Source: an uncultured Chlamydiales bacterium
Lineage (GTDB): Bacteria > Chlamydiota > Chlamydiia > Chlamydiales > JAAKFR01
Reading direction: 5' to 3'
Assembly (NCBI GenBank): GCA_963699155.1
Contig: OY969414.1
Location: forward strand, 779,757-843,756
Length of the DNA: 64,000 bases
The notes under the pieces are model-generated. The model had not been told where the DNA came from and did not search any database. It was given only the letters and a program-made list of their open reading frames with translations. Below are positions 53,021 through 63,390 of this stretch, one piece after another; position 1 is the first letter of the stretch, and every line of letters begins with the position of its first letter. The translations under genes and the position numbers were made by a program.

Positions 53021-54776
53021 AGATGAAAATTGGGGAGAGCTCTGTCTACAAGGTTACCCGATCTGCCCAGGTGTTGCTATCGGGAGACCCTTTTTCTTTA
53101 CCGTAGCTGAGGAGAATATCCCTGAATTCTCTGTTCCTCATGACCAGATCGACAACGAGGTTGATCGCTATTATTCCGCTTTAACTAGCTCGAGGAAAGA
53201 TCTCGTCACCTTGCAAAAAAGACTCCAAAATGAGGGTGTGAGCGAGGCGGCGGCGATCTTGGGAGCTCACCTTGAGATCATGCGCGACCCTCTGATGACG
53301 GTAGAAATGGAAGAGGCGATCCGACATCGCGGTAAGAATACCGAATATGTCTTCAAAAGTGTCTTGGGGGAATATGAGAAGAAATTTAATAAGATCCCCG
53401 ATGAGTTTTTTCGCGAGCGCTTAAAAGATTTCCACGACATTTCGAGACGCATCATCGGCCATCTCCGGAAGCATGAGCGGCGCACCCTTGCTCAGCTCAC
53501 CCTGAAGTCAATCGTCTTCGCCCATGAACTCTCCCCCTCAGATACTGCAGAGGCGAATAGCAATGTCATCGAAGCTTTTGTGACCAGAAGCGGCTCGGAA
53601 ACCTCCCATGTCGCCATCATGGCACGTGCCAAAGGGATCCCCTTTGTCTCCAATGTCGATTTCCCCGACCTCACCGTTTCTGTGCCTCCACGTGTTGTTG
53701 TGGATGGGGGTTCAGGAGAGGTGATTATCAATCCCTCAAAGGAGACCATCCGCTACTACAGAGAAGAGCGGAAAAAGTTGAAAATTCGAGTCAAAGGGCT
53801 GCAAAAGCGAGGCGCGCTAGAAACAGAAACTTATGATGGCTACAAGACACGCCTCTCTGCCAATATTGAAACCTTCAATGAACTGGACACTCTCCAAGAA
53901 TATGGCGGAGATGGGGTAGGGCTCTTCCGTTCCGAATATCTCTTTATCGCGCGCGACTCCTTTCCTTCAGAAGATGAACAGTTCCTCGTCTATCGTAGCA
54001 TCGTCGAAAAGATTGAGAGTGATACCTCTGTTATCCGTACCTTTGACATCGGCGGTGACAAGTTTGGCAACTTTCACATCAACCGGTATGAAAAAAATCC
54101 CTACTTAGGCTGCAGGGCTATCCGACTGATGTTGAAGGAGAGGCCGATTTTCCTCACCCAAATCCGCGCCATTTTGCGCGCCAGCGCTTTCGGCGAGTTG
54201 AGCATTCTCTTTCCCATGATTTCAAGCGTCTCTGAGCTTAGGGAGGCAAAAGCGATCATCGAAGAGGCGAAGGAAGAGCTCCTCAAAAAGGGAATCCCTT
54301 TTGCTCGAAAGATTCCTATCGGCTGCATGATCGAGGTCCCTTCAGCTGCTATCACGGCTGACATCATCGTGCAGGAGTGTGACTTCCTCTCCATCGGTAC
54401 AAATGATCTAGTGCAGTATGCGCTCGCCGTCGACAGAGGCAATCCGGCGATGAGCTATCTCTACACCCCTGCAGATCCGAGCATTCTCAGAATGATCAAA
54501 ATGGTCGTCGATGTGGCAGCTATTGCGGAAAAACCGGTCACCGTGTGCGGAGAGATCGCCGCTGATCCACGTTTCACCCCTCTCCTATTAGGATTGGGAG
54601 TCCACGAACTCTCAGTGGCCACCCCAGCCCTGCCCATTATTAAGAATGTGATCCGCCACCTCTCGATTGTGGAGGCCCAAGCATTGGCCCACCAAGCCCT
54701 CACCTGTACCACCGCTGATGAGGTCGAAGAGCTACTCGACCACGCCTATCAAAAAATTCAAAGAATCTTTGACTGA
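53013..54776 (+). CDS. ptsI: PTS enzyme I
   Basis: TSHVAIMAR, GLFRSE, SIGTNDLVQY. Confidence 0.96.
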   Translation: MHKDENWGELCLQGYPICPGVAIGRPFFFTVAEENIPEFSVPHDQIDNEVDRYYSALTSSRKDLVTLQKRLQNEGVSEAAAILGAHLEIMRDPLMTVEMEEAIRHRGKNTEYVFKSVLGEYEKKFNKIPDEFFRERLKDFHDISRRIIGHLRKHERRTLAQLTLKSIVFAHELSPSDTAEANSNVIEAFVTRSGSETSHVAIMARAKGIPFVSNVDFPDLTVSVPPRVVVDGGSGEVIINPSKETIRYYREERKKLKIRVKGLQKRGALETETYDGYKTRLSANIETFNELDTLQEYGGDGVGLFRSEYLFIARDSFPSEDEQFLVYRSIVEKIESDTSVIRTFDIGGDKFGNFHINRYEKNPYLGCRAIRLMLKERPIFLTQIRAILRASAFGELSILFPMISSVSELREAKAIIEEAKEELLKKGIPFARKIPIGCMIEVPSAAITADIIVQECDFLSIGTNDLVQYALAVDRGNPAMSYLYTPADPSILRMIKMVVDVAAIAEKPVTVCGEIAADPRFTPLLLGLGVHELSVATPALPIIKNVIRHLSIVEAQALAHQALTCTTADEVEELLDHAYQKIQRIFD

Positions 54777-54830
54777 AAAGATTTTCTTCTTTACACTATC
54801 TTTGAAAACTAAATCTCAAAGGAGAAGTCT

Positions 54831-55076
54831 ATGATTATAACAAGAATTGCTGAGAATTGCTGTGAAAATACTGCATGTGCTCGAAATACAGGAAGGGCGC
54901 TAGATTGGGCCATTGCGCTCACTTTACTGGTCGTCGGTATCTTGGCAGCCGTTAACGTGATCCACCTTCCCGTTCCTGTCACCTACGCCTTTATCGGTGC
55001 CGGAGTGGTTTATACGGTGGGGATGATTATCCATGAGACACTTCTTTTGAGCTGCGGTAAAAGAGGAAGGATATAG
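54831..55076 (+). CDS. Small Cys-containing Inc-like protein
   Basis: AAGGAG; hydrophobic hairpin. Confidence 0.65.
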   Translation: MIITRIAENCCENTACARNTGRALDWAIALTLLVVGILAAVNVIHLPVPVTYAFIGAGVVYTVGMIIHETLLLSCGKRGRI

Positions 55077-55183
55077 CTAGAGGACTTTCTCGGGCTCTAT
55101 AACATTTCTTTACATAAAAAATCGCCATTCTGCTAGCATTTCGCGTTGAATGGCTTATTAGATAAACTTTTAAGGAGGTAATC

Positions 55184-55537
55184 ATGGCTATTTCAGGATT
55201 AGCGGGCATTGTCCGTTCAGGAGTTTCACTCTGCTCTACTCCAGAGCCAGAGCAAATAAAACAAGACTCTCGCCCACTTGCAGATAAGAAAGTCTGCACT
55301 GCAGATAGAGCACTTTCTATTGTTGATACACTGTTGGGCGTTGCTGCTATCGTAGTCGGCATCTTGATGCTGATGAAAATTTGCCCACTTATTCCAGGTG
55401 TGGGAGTCGCTTTTGCCTACGGAGCTATCGGCTTCGGAGTAGCTAACTTGATCGCATCTCTCCGAGGAGGCTATACAGCCACCCGAGATGCTCTTGCAGA
55501 CTGCTGCGCAGATGACGGCAAACCAAAAAAAGCATAA
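55184..55537 (+). CDS. Small Cys-containing Inc-like protein
   Basis: AAGGAGG; hydrophobic hairpin resembling upstream ORF. Confidence 0.7.
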   Translation: MAISGLAGIVRSGVSLCSTPEPEQIKQDSRPLADKKVCTADRALSIVDTLLGVAAIVVGILMLMKICPLIPGVGVAFAYGAIGFGVANLIASLRGGYTATRDALADCCADDGKPKKA

Positions 55538-55562
55538 CACTACCAGAACTGGAGTGAAACTT

Positions 55563-55596
55563 AAAAAACCTCTTTGGCAACAAAGAGGTTTTTTTT
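55563..55596. terminator. Bidirectional intrinsic terminator
   Basis: aaaaaacctctttg-gcaa-caaagaggtttttt between convergent genes. Confidence 0.8.
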
Positions 55597-55604
55597 ATTC
55601 CCTT

Positions 55605-55674
55605 TCTCTGTGGACTCTGTGAGCTCTGTGCTGTTTTTTTTAATTTACCACAGAGAGCACAGAGCACACAGAGA
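55605..55674. repeat. Palindromic element of CTCTGTG/CACAGAG 9-bp-period repeats
   Basis: Three ctctgtg facing three cacagag. Confidence 0.75.
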
Positions 55675-55691
55675 GGAGGGTGCCTATTTTT

Positions 55692-56000
55692 TTAGAAGCC
55701 AAAACCAGGGGGCATGCCGGGGAAGCTCATGTCGGACATCGAGCTCTTCTCGAGCTTTTTGACGGCTTCGTTGTAGGCGACGCGGATGAGATCTTCAAGG
55801 CCTTCGACATCCTCAGGATCAACACATTCGGGTTTGATTTTGAGCTCGATCATCTCATATTCGCCATTCAAGGTGAGCGTGACAAGGCCACCGCCGGAGG
55901 AGCCGGTTGCTTTCTCATCTTTAAGCTTCTCCTGCATCTCCTTAAATTTTTCCTGCATCGCTTTGGCTTCTTTCTTCTTCTTAGCGAAACCGCTACCCAT
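55692..56000 (-). CDS. YbaB/EbfC nucleoid-associated protein
   Basis: GGGLVTLTLNG, DPEDVEGLEDLI; follows dnaX. Confidence 0.92.
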   Translation of the reverse strand: MGSGFAKKKKEAKAMQEKFKEMQEKLKDEKATGSSGGGLVTLTLNGEYEMIELKIKPECVDPEDVEGLEDLIRVAYNEAVKKLEKSSMSDMSFPGMPPGFGF

Positions 56001-56014
56001 GGGTCGTCTCCTAA

Positions 56015-57367
56015 CTATGATTTTTTGATAGATCCATTCAGCTCTTTTGCCGCAAAACGCATGACGGTGTCAAATCGGCTCTGCTCCTGGATGGAAGGGG
56101 GGGCTGAAGTTGCTTTTGCGGGTGGTACTGCTGCCGTGGTTGTCGGTGGTGGTGGTACTGCTGCTGGAATTGGCTTGGGGAGCTCTTTTTTTGGGGGCGC
56201 AGCGGGAAGATCTTCGAGGCGGGGCATAGGATCTTCGCTGGTTGCCAATTTCTGCTCGAGCTCGATGAGGCGTTTGATGAGGAGGTCGACAGGGAGCTGC
56301 TGGTGTGTGCGTAAGATACGGAGGAAGAGCATTTCGAGAGCCGTTCTTTCGGAGGGGGCGGTTTTGAGCGCCTGCTGTCCTTCGGTGAGGAGCTCTAAAA
56401 TCTGGATGAGCTGCTCAATCCGGTAGGGGGAGGATAGTTGATAGCGTTTGTCGGAGAGGGGAGCGCCACATTTGGAGAGAAGATGGCTTCTGAAGTGGTT
56501 GACGAGCTCTTCGATAAAGTGGGAAAGGTTGTAACCCGATTCGTAAACCTCTGCTGCGATTTTGAAAAGAGAAGCTCCATCCTGTTTGTAGCCCGCTTCA
56601 TCGAGTGCGAAGCAGATCTCTTTGGGGGGAATTCCTAAAGTAGCGGTCACCGCTTGGACGGAGAGCGTTCCTGCTTCACAGGCAATCATCTGATCGAGGA
56701 CCGAGAGGGCATCCCGGAGACTTCCCTCCGCGCGCTGGGCGATAAGGGAGAGCGCAGCCGGATCGGCAGCGATCCCGCTCTCTTGGAGAATTTTTGCCAA
56801 CTGCTGCTCCATCTTTTCGATAGGGATGCGGCGGAGGTTGAAGCGCTGACAGCGGCTCAAGATGGTGGAGGGAATCCGATGTGGTTCTGTCGTGCAGAAG
56901 AAAAATTTGACATGGGGAGGAGGCTCTTCGAGGGTCTTCAGAAGGGCGTTGAAGGCCTCTTTGGTCAACATATGCACTTCGTCGATCAAGTAAATTTTAT
57001 AGCGTCCGCCAGTAGGAGTAAAAGCGATCGTTTCATTGATTTGCCGGATATCTTCGATGCCACGGTGGGAAGCTCCGTCGATTTCGAGCACGTCAATGGC
57101 ATGTCCGGCAGCGATTTCGCGGCAAGAAGCGCAGCTATTGCAGGGCTCGATCTCGTCCGTTAAGGCGATACAGTTGAGCGTTTTTGCAAAGAGACGGGCC
57201 AGTGTCGTTTTGCCCGTTCCGCGACAGCCACAAAAGAGATAAGCATGGGCTGTCCTGCCCATCTGGATCGCATTCTTAAGGGTTGTAACGATCGGTCCCT
57301 GACCGACTACTTCAGCAAATTTTTGAGGACGGTATTTGCGAGCAAGAACTTGATATTCATTTATCAT
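56015..57367 (-). CDS. dnaX: DNA polymerase III gamma/tau
   Basis: ARKYRPQ, GTGKTT, DEVHML, SRCQ. Confidence 0.96.
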   Translation of the reverse strand: MINEYQVLARKYRPQKFAEVVGQGPIVTTLKNAIQMGRTAHAYLFCGCRGTGKTTLARLFAKTLNCIALTDEIEPCNSCASCREIAAGHAIDVLEIDGASHRGIEDIRQINETIAFTPTGGRYKIYLIDEVHMLTKEAFNALLKTLEEPPPHVKFFFCTTEPHRIPSTILSRCQRFNLRRIPIEKMEQQLAKILQESGIAADPAALSLIAQRAEGSLRDALSVLDQMIACEAGTLSVQAVTATLGIPPKEICFALDEAGYKQDGASLFKIAAEVYESGYNLSHFIEELVNHFRSHLLSKCGAPLSDKRYQLSSPYRIEQLIQILELLTEGQQALKTAPSERTALEMLFLRILRTHQQLPVDLLIKRLIELEQKLATSEDPMPRLEDLPAAPPKKELPKPIPAAVPPPPTTTAAVPPAKATSAPPSIQEQSRFDTVMRFAAKELNGSIKKS

Positions 57368-57447
57368 GCAAAATAAATTATGGGCTTGGGTACCCATTTT
57401 CCTCAATTGCTAAAAAGAGAAGTTGGTCTTATCCTTATAGATAATTT

Positions 57448-59637
57448 ATGGATGATTTTTCCTCAGAAAATGGGGAGAGGCTCGCCGAAGAAGATATCGG
57501 CGAGCTCCGTTTTTCCCGAGCCCAAAGTTATTTTGACAAGAGTATCACCATTCGGCTGATCATCGGTGCTCTTTTTGCCCTCTTTCTCTTTTTGTTTTTT
57601 CATTTCCGAGAAACCTACATAGAAAAATTAGAATTGGGAACAGCGGCTCAAAAGTATGTGGTGGCCCAGATCGACTTTGCATTTCCCGATGATGAGGCGA
57701 CCATCATCCTCAAGCAAGAGGCGGCTCATGAGATTGGGGCGATCTGGCGGATCAAAGAGGAGCAGGTCAATCAACGGGTCACCGAATTCCAAAAATATAT
57801 CACCCAAAATGAGCGTGGGAGTCAAAAATGGGAGGCGATCAGCAAGGAGAACAACTTCGCAGACATCGCTTTGGCCTTGAGCCATTTTACCGATGGGCTA
57901 ACTTTGAGCCGATTTACTGACATCCGCTCGATTCAGCGCATCGATAATCTGCCTGCGGATGAGCTCCCTATTCCTGCCCACTATTTTTATCCTTTTCTGC
58001 CCGCTAAGGGGGCTGTCCGCCTGCCTATTCAATTCTGGTCGGGCTTTGGCAAGACTCTCTTTTCGGATGAAAGGGTGCCCCATTCGATTGCCCAATTTAT
58101 TCTCCAATATTTTGAGCCCTTCCTCTGGGAATTTGAGATGGATCAAGGGGTGGAATATACCTTGCGCAAGCTCGCACAGGGCAAAATCCCTGAAAAGTTT
58201 ACTCGCATCCGTGCTGGGGAGAGGTTGATCGATCAGGGGGAGAAGGTGACACCGCGTCACTTGGCGATGCTTCAGGCGATGAAGGAGAAGCTCAATCAGA
58301 AGCGCAACCTCTTCGATCCACTCACGGTGCTCGGCGCCCTCCTGATGACCTTGATCTTTGTTGGTGTCGCTGCCATCTATATCCGTGAGAATCATAAAGA
58401 TATTTTCTATTCGAACCGAAAATTGGCTTTACTAGCAACGATCCTTGCATTCGCCTTTTTGGTGGCGAAAGTGGTCGAGCTATTTTTGCTGAAAAACACG
58501 AGTGATATCCTCGACATTGTCCGCTATCCACTTTTTGTCCCCTTCGCTGCCATTTTGATTGCGAGCTTGATGAATGCCCGCATCGCTGCTTTTTCGGCTA
58601 TTTTCCTCTCTGTGATCTATGCGATGGCGCTCGCTGTCGACAGCATTCCCTTCCTCGTCATCAACATCCTCACAGCGATGGTCGCAATCATGACAGGGCG
58701 GGCCATCCGCCGCCGCAAAGATGTCTTCATCGTCTGTGGAAAGGCGTGGCTTGCCAGCATTATTGTGATGATCGCCTTCGACCTCTATAAAGAGACGACC
58801 TTTACCCAGGCCTTCCTCAATGATTTGACAAGCACTTTTCTCTTCATGGCCGGTACAGCGATCCTCGTTGTCGGCCTCTTGCCAATGTTAGAATCGACCT
58901 TCCAAATCATGACCGACATCACGCTGATGGAATTCATGGATCCTAGCAATGAGCTGCTCCGCCGCCTCACTATCGAAGCTCCAGGAACCTACCAGCACTC
59001 ACTCGTTGTCGGCCATCTCTCAGAGTCTGCGGCCTCTGCCATTGGTGCCAATGGCCTTTTCTGCCGTGTGGCGACCCAATATCATGACATTGGTAAGCTG
59101 ATCAATCCGCAATACTTTACGGAAAACCAGCTCGGTGGGGTCGATATGCACCAACTGCTCACCCCTCTCGAATCGACCCAAGTCATCATCGCTCACATCA
59201 GTGAGGGAGTCGCTTTAGCCCGCCGGGTGGGACTGCCCGAACAGTTTATCGACATCATCAAGGAGCACCATGGGACGACCCTTGTCTACTACTTCTTCCA
59301 TAAACAGATCGAGCTGATGAGTGGGGACAAATCGAAGATCGACTTTAAAGATTTTCGCTATTCGGGACCCAAGCCGCGCACGAAAGAGTCGACGATTATC
59401 ATGATCTCAGATACCCTAGAGGCCGCTTCCCGCTGTCTCGATGTCTTCAACGAACGGACGGTCAACGATCTTGTCGATAAGCTGATTGCTCATAAAATGG
59501 AAGATGGACAGTTTGACGAATCGCTTCTCACTTTTGAAGAGCTAGGGATTGTCAAACAGACCCTTGTCAAGACCCTCATCGCAGCCAGCCATCCACGCAT
59601 CAAATATCCTCCTCACCACCCTGGCGAGGAAGGATGA
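57448..59637 (+). CDS. 7TM-HDIG phosphohydrolase (PgpH-like)
   Basis: APGTYQHS, YHDIGK, EHHGT; 7 TM. Confidence 0.88.
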   Translation: MDDFSSENGERLAEEDIGELRFSRAQSYFDKSITIRLIIGALFALFLFLFFHFRETYIEKLELGTAAQKYVVAQIDFAFPDDEATIILKQEAAHEIGAIWRIKEEQVNQRVTEFQKYITQNERGSQKWEAISKENNFADIALALSHFTDGLTLSRFTDIRSIQRIDNLPADELPIPAHYFYPFLPAKGAVRLPIQFWSGFGKTLFSDERVPHSIAQFILQYFEPFLWEFEMDQGVEYTLRKLAQGKIPEKFTRIRAGERLIDQGEKVTPRHLAMLQAMKEKLNQKRNLFDPLTVLGALLMTLIFVGVAAIYIRENHKDIFYSNRKLALLATILAFAFLVAKVVELFLLKNTSDILDIVRYPLFVPFAAILIASLMNARIAAFSAIFLSVIYAMALAVDSIPFLVINILTAMVAIMTGRAIRRRKDVFIVCGKAWLASIIVMIAFDLYKETTFTQAFLNDLTSTFLFMAGTAILVVGLLPMLESTFQIMTDITLMEFMDPSNELLRRLTIEAPGTYQHSLVVGHLSESAASAIGANGLFCRVATQYHDIGKLINPQYFTENQLGGVDMHQLLTPLESTQVIIAHISEGVALARRVGLPEQFIDIIKEHHGTTLVYYFFHKQIELMSGDKSKIDFKDFRYSGPKPRTKESTIIMISDTLEAASRCLDVFNERTVNDLVDKLIAHKMEDGQFDESLLTFEELGIVKQTLVKTLIAASHPRIKYPPHHPGEEG

Positions 59638-60368
59638 AATCAGCCCTAATCACAGGCGCAACCTCCGGCATCGGCGAAGCCCTAGCCCATCTCTTAGCAT
59701 CGAAAGGCTATCGTCTCTACTTGACAGGGCGGAATGCCCAAAAACTCCCTCCAGATGGGCTTGTGGCCGATTTGACTGAGAGAAAGCAGCGCCAAAAAAT
59801 TATCGAATTGATCCATCAGAAGCAGCCTGATTTGGTGATCAACAATGCTGGCTTTGGCATCTATGGGGAGGCCATTTCTATCCCTGTGGAGGAGCAGCTG
59901 AAGATTCTCGAGGTGAATGCAGCTGCTCTTCTGGAATTGACCTTAGAAGCTGTTCGCACCTGGTCTGCCGCAGGAAAAGGAGGCATCGTGATGAATGTCT
60001 CCTCAGCAGCTGGAGAAATTCCTACACCGGGAATGACGGTTTATGGCGCTTCAAAAGCCTTCGTGACACATTTTTCGCAATCACTAAACACAGAGTTGAA
60101 GGAGAAAAAGATTTTTGTTTTGGTCTGCTGTCCAGGGATGGTCGCTACCGATTTTGCCAACCGCGCTGCAGGAAAAAGCGTCACGCAGCAAGGGCCTCTC
60201 ATGCGCGCCGACTATGCCGCAGAGCAAATCTGGAAGCAGATCGAACAAAAACAGGAAAAGCGTCTGATCGATTGGAAAGTGCAGCTCAGTACTTGGATCG
60301 CTCTCCATCTCCTCCCACTTACATGGATTAAAAAAGTTATATGGAACCGGATCAAAGAGAGAGTCTAA
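59634..60368 (+). CDS. Short-chain dehydrogenase/reductase
   Basis: TGATSGIG, NNAG, YGASK. Confidence 0.92.
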   Translation: MKSALITGATSGIGEALAHLLASKGYRLYLTGRNAQKLPPDGLVADLTERKQRQKIIELIHQKQPDLVINNAGFGIYGEAISIPVEEQLKILEVNAAALLELTLEAVRTWSAAGKGGIVMNVSSAAGEIPTPGMTVYGASKAFVTHFSQSLNTELKEKKIFVLVCCPGMVATDFANRAAGKSVTQQGPLMRADYAAEQIWKQIEQKQEKRLIDWKVQLSTWIALHLLPLTWIKKVIWNRIKERV

Positions 60369-61534
60369 GTTTTGAATCTTTTCAATTAGATCCCTTAGTA
60401 CTCGATGCTATTCGAGAAATGGGATACACCACGCCGACACCTATCCAGAATCGGGCAATTCCGCTCATTCTCGAAGGGAGAGATCTCATCGCCCTTGCTG
60501 AAACGGGATCTGGAAAAACTGCTGCCTGTAGCATCCCCTTATGCCATAAGGTGAGAGCGAGTGAGAACCCAATTCAGGTGCTCATCGTCGTACCTACAAG
60601 GGAGCTGGCGCTCCAGTATGCGACAGAGACACAAAAGATCGGTCGCGTCAAAAAGGTGCGTGCTTTTGCCCTATTCGGTGGCGAAGATATGACGATGCAG
60701 CGGGCGAAGCTGAGGGATGGTGTTCACATTCTTATCGCAACTCCTGGCCGGTTGATCGACTTCATCTATGCAAGGGCGATCGATTTGACCCATGTGGAAA
60801 CGCTCGTTCTCGATGAGGCCGACCAGATGCTCGGTATGGGATTTTATGAAGATCTCGAATTCATCATCCAGTGCTTGATCCACGACCACCAGACACTTCT
60901 CTTTTCAGCCACGATGCCGAAGCAGATCAGTGAAATCGCCAAGCACCATATGCGCCAGCCCTTCGAACTCTCATTGATCGGAGAGACACCTACCCCCGAA
61001 AATCTCTCCCACCAATTTCTCTTCTGTCCTCATCCGAAACAGCGTCCGGAAGAGCTGCTCCACCTGCTCCAAACGATCGATCCCAAACAGTGCATCATCT
61101 TTGCCAACTCCCGCCGCGAAGTGGAAGAGCTCCACCGCACACTCCGCTCCCGCCTCAACGGCGTCGATTTCCTCCATGGTGGCCTCGAGCAGAACATCCG
61201 CACCATCATCACCAACAAATTCAAACGGGGCACCATCCGCTACCTCGTCGCCACCGACATCGCAGCCCGCGGCCTCGACTTCTCCAATGTCACCCACGTC
61301 TTTAACTACCACTTTCCCTTCGAACAGGATACCTATCTCCACCGCGCCGGCCGCACAGGCCGTTCCGGCAGATCAGGCACCTGCATCACCCTCGTCACCC
61401 ATCGCGACCTGGGCGCCATCCGCCAACTTCTGAAGGTCCTCCCCAAAGAGCCACAATGGCTCCGTGAACCCCCTCCACCCGGCTCTCCACCCCCTCATCG
61501 ACCACCGCCGCATCGCCGCCCCCCTCGCCGCTGA
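60341..61534 (+). CDS. DEAD-box RNA helicase
   Basis: GSGKT, PTRELA, DEAD, SAT, HRAGRTGR. Confidence 0.95.
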   Translation: MEPDQRESLSFESFQLDPLVLDAIREMGYTTPTPIQNRAIPLILEGRDLIALAETGSGKTAACSIPLCHKVRASENPIQVLIVVPTRELALQYATETQKIGRVKKVRAFALFGGEDMTMQRAKLRDGVHILIATPGRLIDFIYARAIDLTHVETLVLDEADQMLGMGFYEDLEFIIQCLIHDHQTLLFSATMPKQISEIAKHHMRQPFELSLIGETPTPENLSHQFLFCPHPKQRPEELLHLLQTIDPKQCIIFANSRREVEELHRTLRSRLNGVDFLHGGLEQNIRTIITNKFKRGTIRYLVATDIAARGLDFSNVTHVFNYHFPFEQDTYLHRAGRTGRSGRSGTCITLVTHRDLGAIRQLLKVLPKEPQWLREPPPPGSPPPHRPPPHRRPPRR

Positions 61535-61594
61535 CTCTTCCCCAGCCCGAAACACCTTGAAATGAGATGGGGGATTTGTTAAACAGCGACTCTA

Positions 61595-61757
61595 GTGCCC
61601 AACCACAAAAGTTTTTGCCATTTTGGCTGCGTCAAAGCCCCGGGGCGCAACGATCGCAAATGGGTCCATATTGGATTAATATTGACCCATTTGCGATCGT
61701 TGCTCCGCGGGAGCTTTCACGCTCGCCTAAATGGCAAAAACTTTCGTGGTCGGGCAC
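61595..61757. repeat. 163-bp long palindromic element (MITE/RPE-like)
   Basis: gtgcccaaccacaaaagtttttgccat...atggcaaaaactttcgtggtcgggcac; perfect core gcaacgatcgcaaatgggtc/gacccatttgcgatcgttgc. Confidence 0.88.
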
Positions 61758-61768
61758 AAGGTCAAAGC

Positions 61769-62293
61769 TTGTTAAAATCTCTTTTTTTCATATTCTTTTT
61801 TCTCTCTTCTTCTCTGTTTGCAAGATCAAACGTTGAATATTCAGGAGATATTTTGCAGTGGGCTCTGCCTGCGGCAACTTTTGGAGTGACATTGATTAAA
61901 AATGATTGGCGAGGCTCCCTGCAAGATATAGCCACTATTGGTACGACACGCGGTACTGTCTGGGTGCTGAAAAAAACAATAAAGAGCACAAGACCTCGTG
62001 GAAATTGTGGCAGATCCTTTCCCTCAGGGCACACAGCCGTTTGTTTTGCAGCAGCAGGATTTATCCAAAAGCGGTATGGCTGGGGATACGGAGTCCCATT
62101 TTTAGCAGCAGCAAGCTATGTAGGCTTTACTCGCTTGCATGCCAAAGCCCACTGGTTCCGGGATGTGGTGGCAGGAGCGGCAATTGGCTGGATTTATAGC
62201 CGGATCTTTGTGACACCCTTCTGCCCAAGGCTTTCTCTTGATTTACAAATGACCTCTGATTCCGCTACTCTTTGCGCACACTGTCAATTTTAA
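61769..62293 (+). CDS. PAP2 family phosphatase
   Basis: K..RP, SFPSGHT, R....HW..DV; signal peptide from TTG at 61769. Confidence 0.85.
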   Translation: MLKSLFFIFFFLSSSLFARSNVEYSGDILQWALPAATFGVTLIKNDWRGSLQDIATIGTTRGTVWVLKKTIKSTRPRGNCGRSFPSGHTAVCFAAAGFIQKRYGWGYGVPFLAAASYVGFTRLHAKAHWFRDVVAGAAIGWIYSRIFVTPFCPRLSLDLQMTSDSATLCAHCQF

Positions 62294-62302
62294 AGGAACA
62301 CT

Positions 62303-62953
62303 ATGACTAAACTTTCATGGATTGTGATGGCCTGCCTTTTCTTCTCTCTTCCCTGTTATGCGCACTCAGTATGGTCCATTGAGGGGGCGCTCGGAGGGAT
62401 CTATAATTTTCCAATCCCCTTAAATATCTCACAAGATGGCTATCCTGATATTGACCTCACTGCGCGCTATGAAACACGCCCCTTTAAGCTTCCGCCTTAC
62501 TATATGCTTCGCGTTGGCAGATGGAAAAATTGCAAAGCCTTTGAGGTAGAATTTACCCACCATAAACTTTATCTGATCAACAACCCCCCGAGCGTCAAAA
62601 GATTTACCATCACAAATGGTTATAACTTGCTGACATTCAATTATGCTCATTTATTAAAATATGATTTTATCTTCCGTTTTGGCTTAGGGATCACAATTAC
62701 TCATCCAGAATCGAGGATTCGAGACTTAAAATTTAATGAAAAGGGGGGCACCCTAAACAATCGGGGATATTATGTGTCGGGCCCTATGGCAATGCTTTCC
62801 TTAGGAAGGCGTTTTTATCTATGTAAGAGGCTCTTCTTTCAGCTTGAGGGCAAGCTGACAGCTGCTATCGCCGATGTAAGAATAGCTAGGGGTCATGCTT
62901 TCGCCCCTAACGTGGCCCTCCATGGCTTATGCGGAATTGGAATAGATCTTTGA
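62303..62953 (+). CDS. Putative outer-membrane beta-barrel protein
   Basis: Signal peptide and amphipathic strands. Confidence 0.6.
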   Translation: MTKLSWIVMACLFFSLPCYAHSVWSIEGALGGIYNFPIPLNISQDGYPDIDLTARYETRPFKLPPYYMLRVGRWKNCKAFEVEFTHHKLYLINNPPSVKRFTITNGYNLLTFNYAHLLKYDFIFRFGLGITITHPESRIRDLKFNEKGGTLNNRGYYVSGPMAMLSLGRRFYLCKRLFFQLEGKLTAAIADVRIARGHAFAPNVALHGLCGIGIDL

Positions 62954-62964
62954 CACATGAGCTA

Positions 62965-63390
62965 TCAAGTCCGGCCTCCTTTTTCGCCAGAAGCTCGGGG
63001 AAAATATTCAGAAGTAGCAAGGTGGTGGCGAGAAAGCAGAATCTCTTCAATATAAGCATTTAAGCTGCAGTCTTTCATGGCAGCTTCAAGGGAGAGTTCT
63101 CTATGTAAATCAGGAGTAATGCGGAGGTTAAACTTCCCCGAATAGGGTTTTTCAGGATCCTCACCCTGCTCTTCGCAAAAAGTAAGGTAATCCTCAATGG
63201 ACTCTTCAAATGCCGCACAAAGAGCTTGTGGAGTGACACCTTCATAAGTAATCACATCACGCGTGCCAATCACGCTGCCGTGAAGGACATTACTTTCAAA
63301 GTCTAGTTCTATCGAACCGAGATAACCCTTGTAGGGGCCAACTGTATATGGACTTGTTGGCTCTATTTTTTTTATTTTCTTTTTACTCAT
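62965..63390 (-). CDS. hicB: HicB antitoxin
   Basis: YKGYLGSIE, PEKPYSGKFNLRI..LH RHH tail. Confidence 0.9.
   Translation of the reverse strand: MSKKKIKKIEPTSPYTVGPYKGYLGSIELDFESNVLHGSVIGTRDVITYEGVTPQALCAAFEESIEDYLTFCEEQGEDPEKPYSGKFNLRITPDLHRELSLEAAMKDCSLNAYIEEILLSRHHLATSEYFPRASGEKGGRT

Noticed and set aside
51798..54776. PTS genes without enzyme II as a novel system
   Set aside because: Incomplete regulatory PTS is already known in chlamydiae.
56186..56192. dnaX -1 frameshift site (A7 run)
   Set aside because: In-frame motif is A-AAA-AAA, no nearby -1 stop and no clear stimulator seen.
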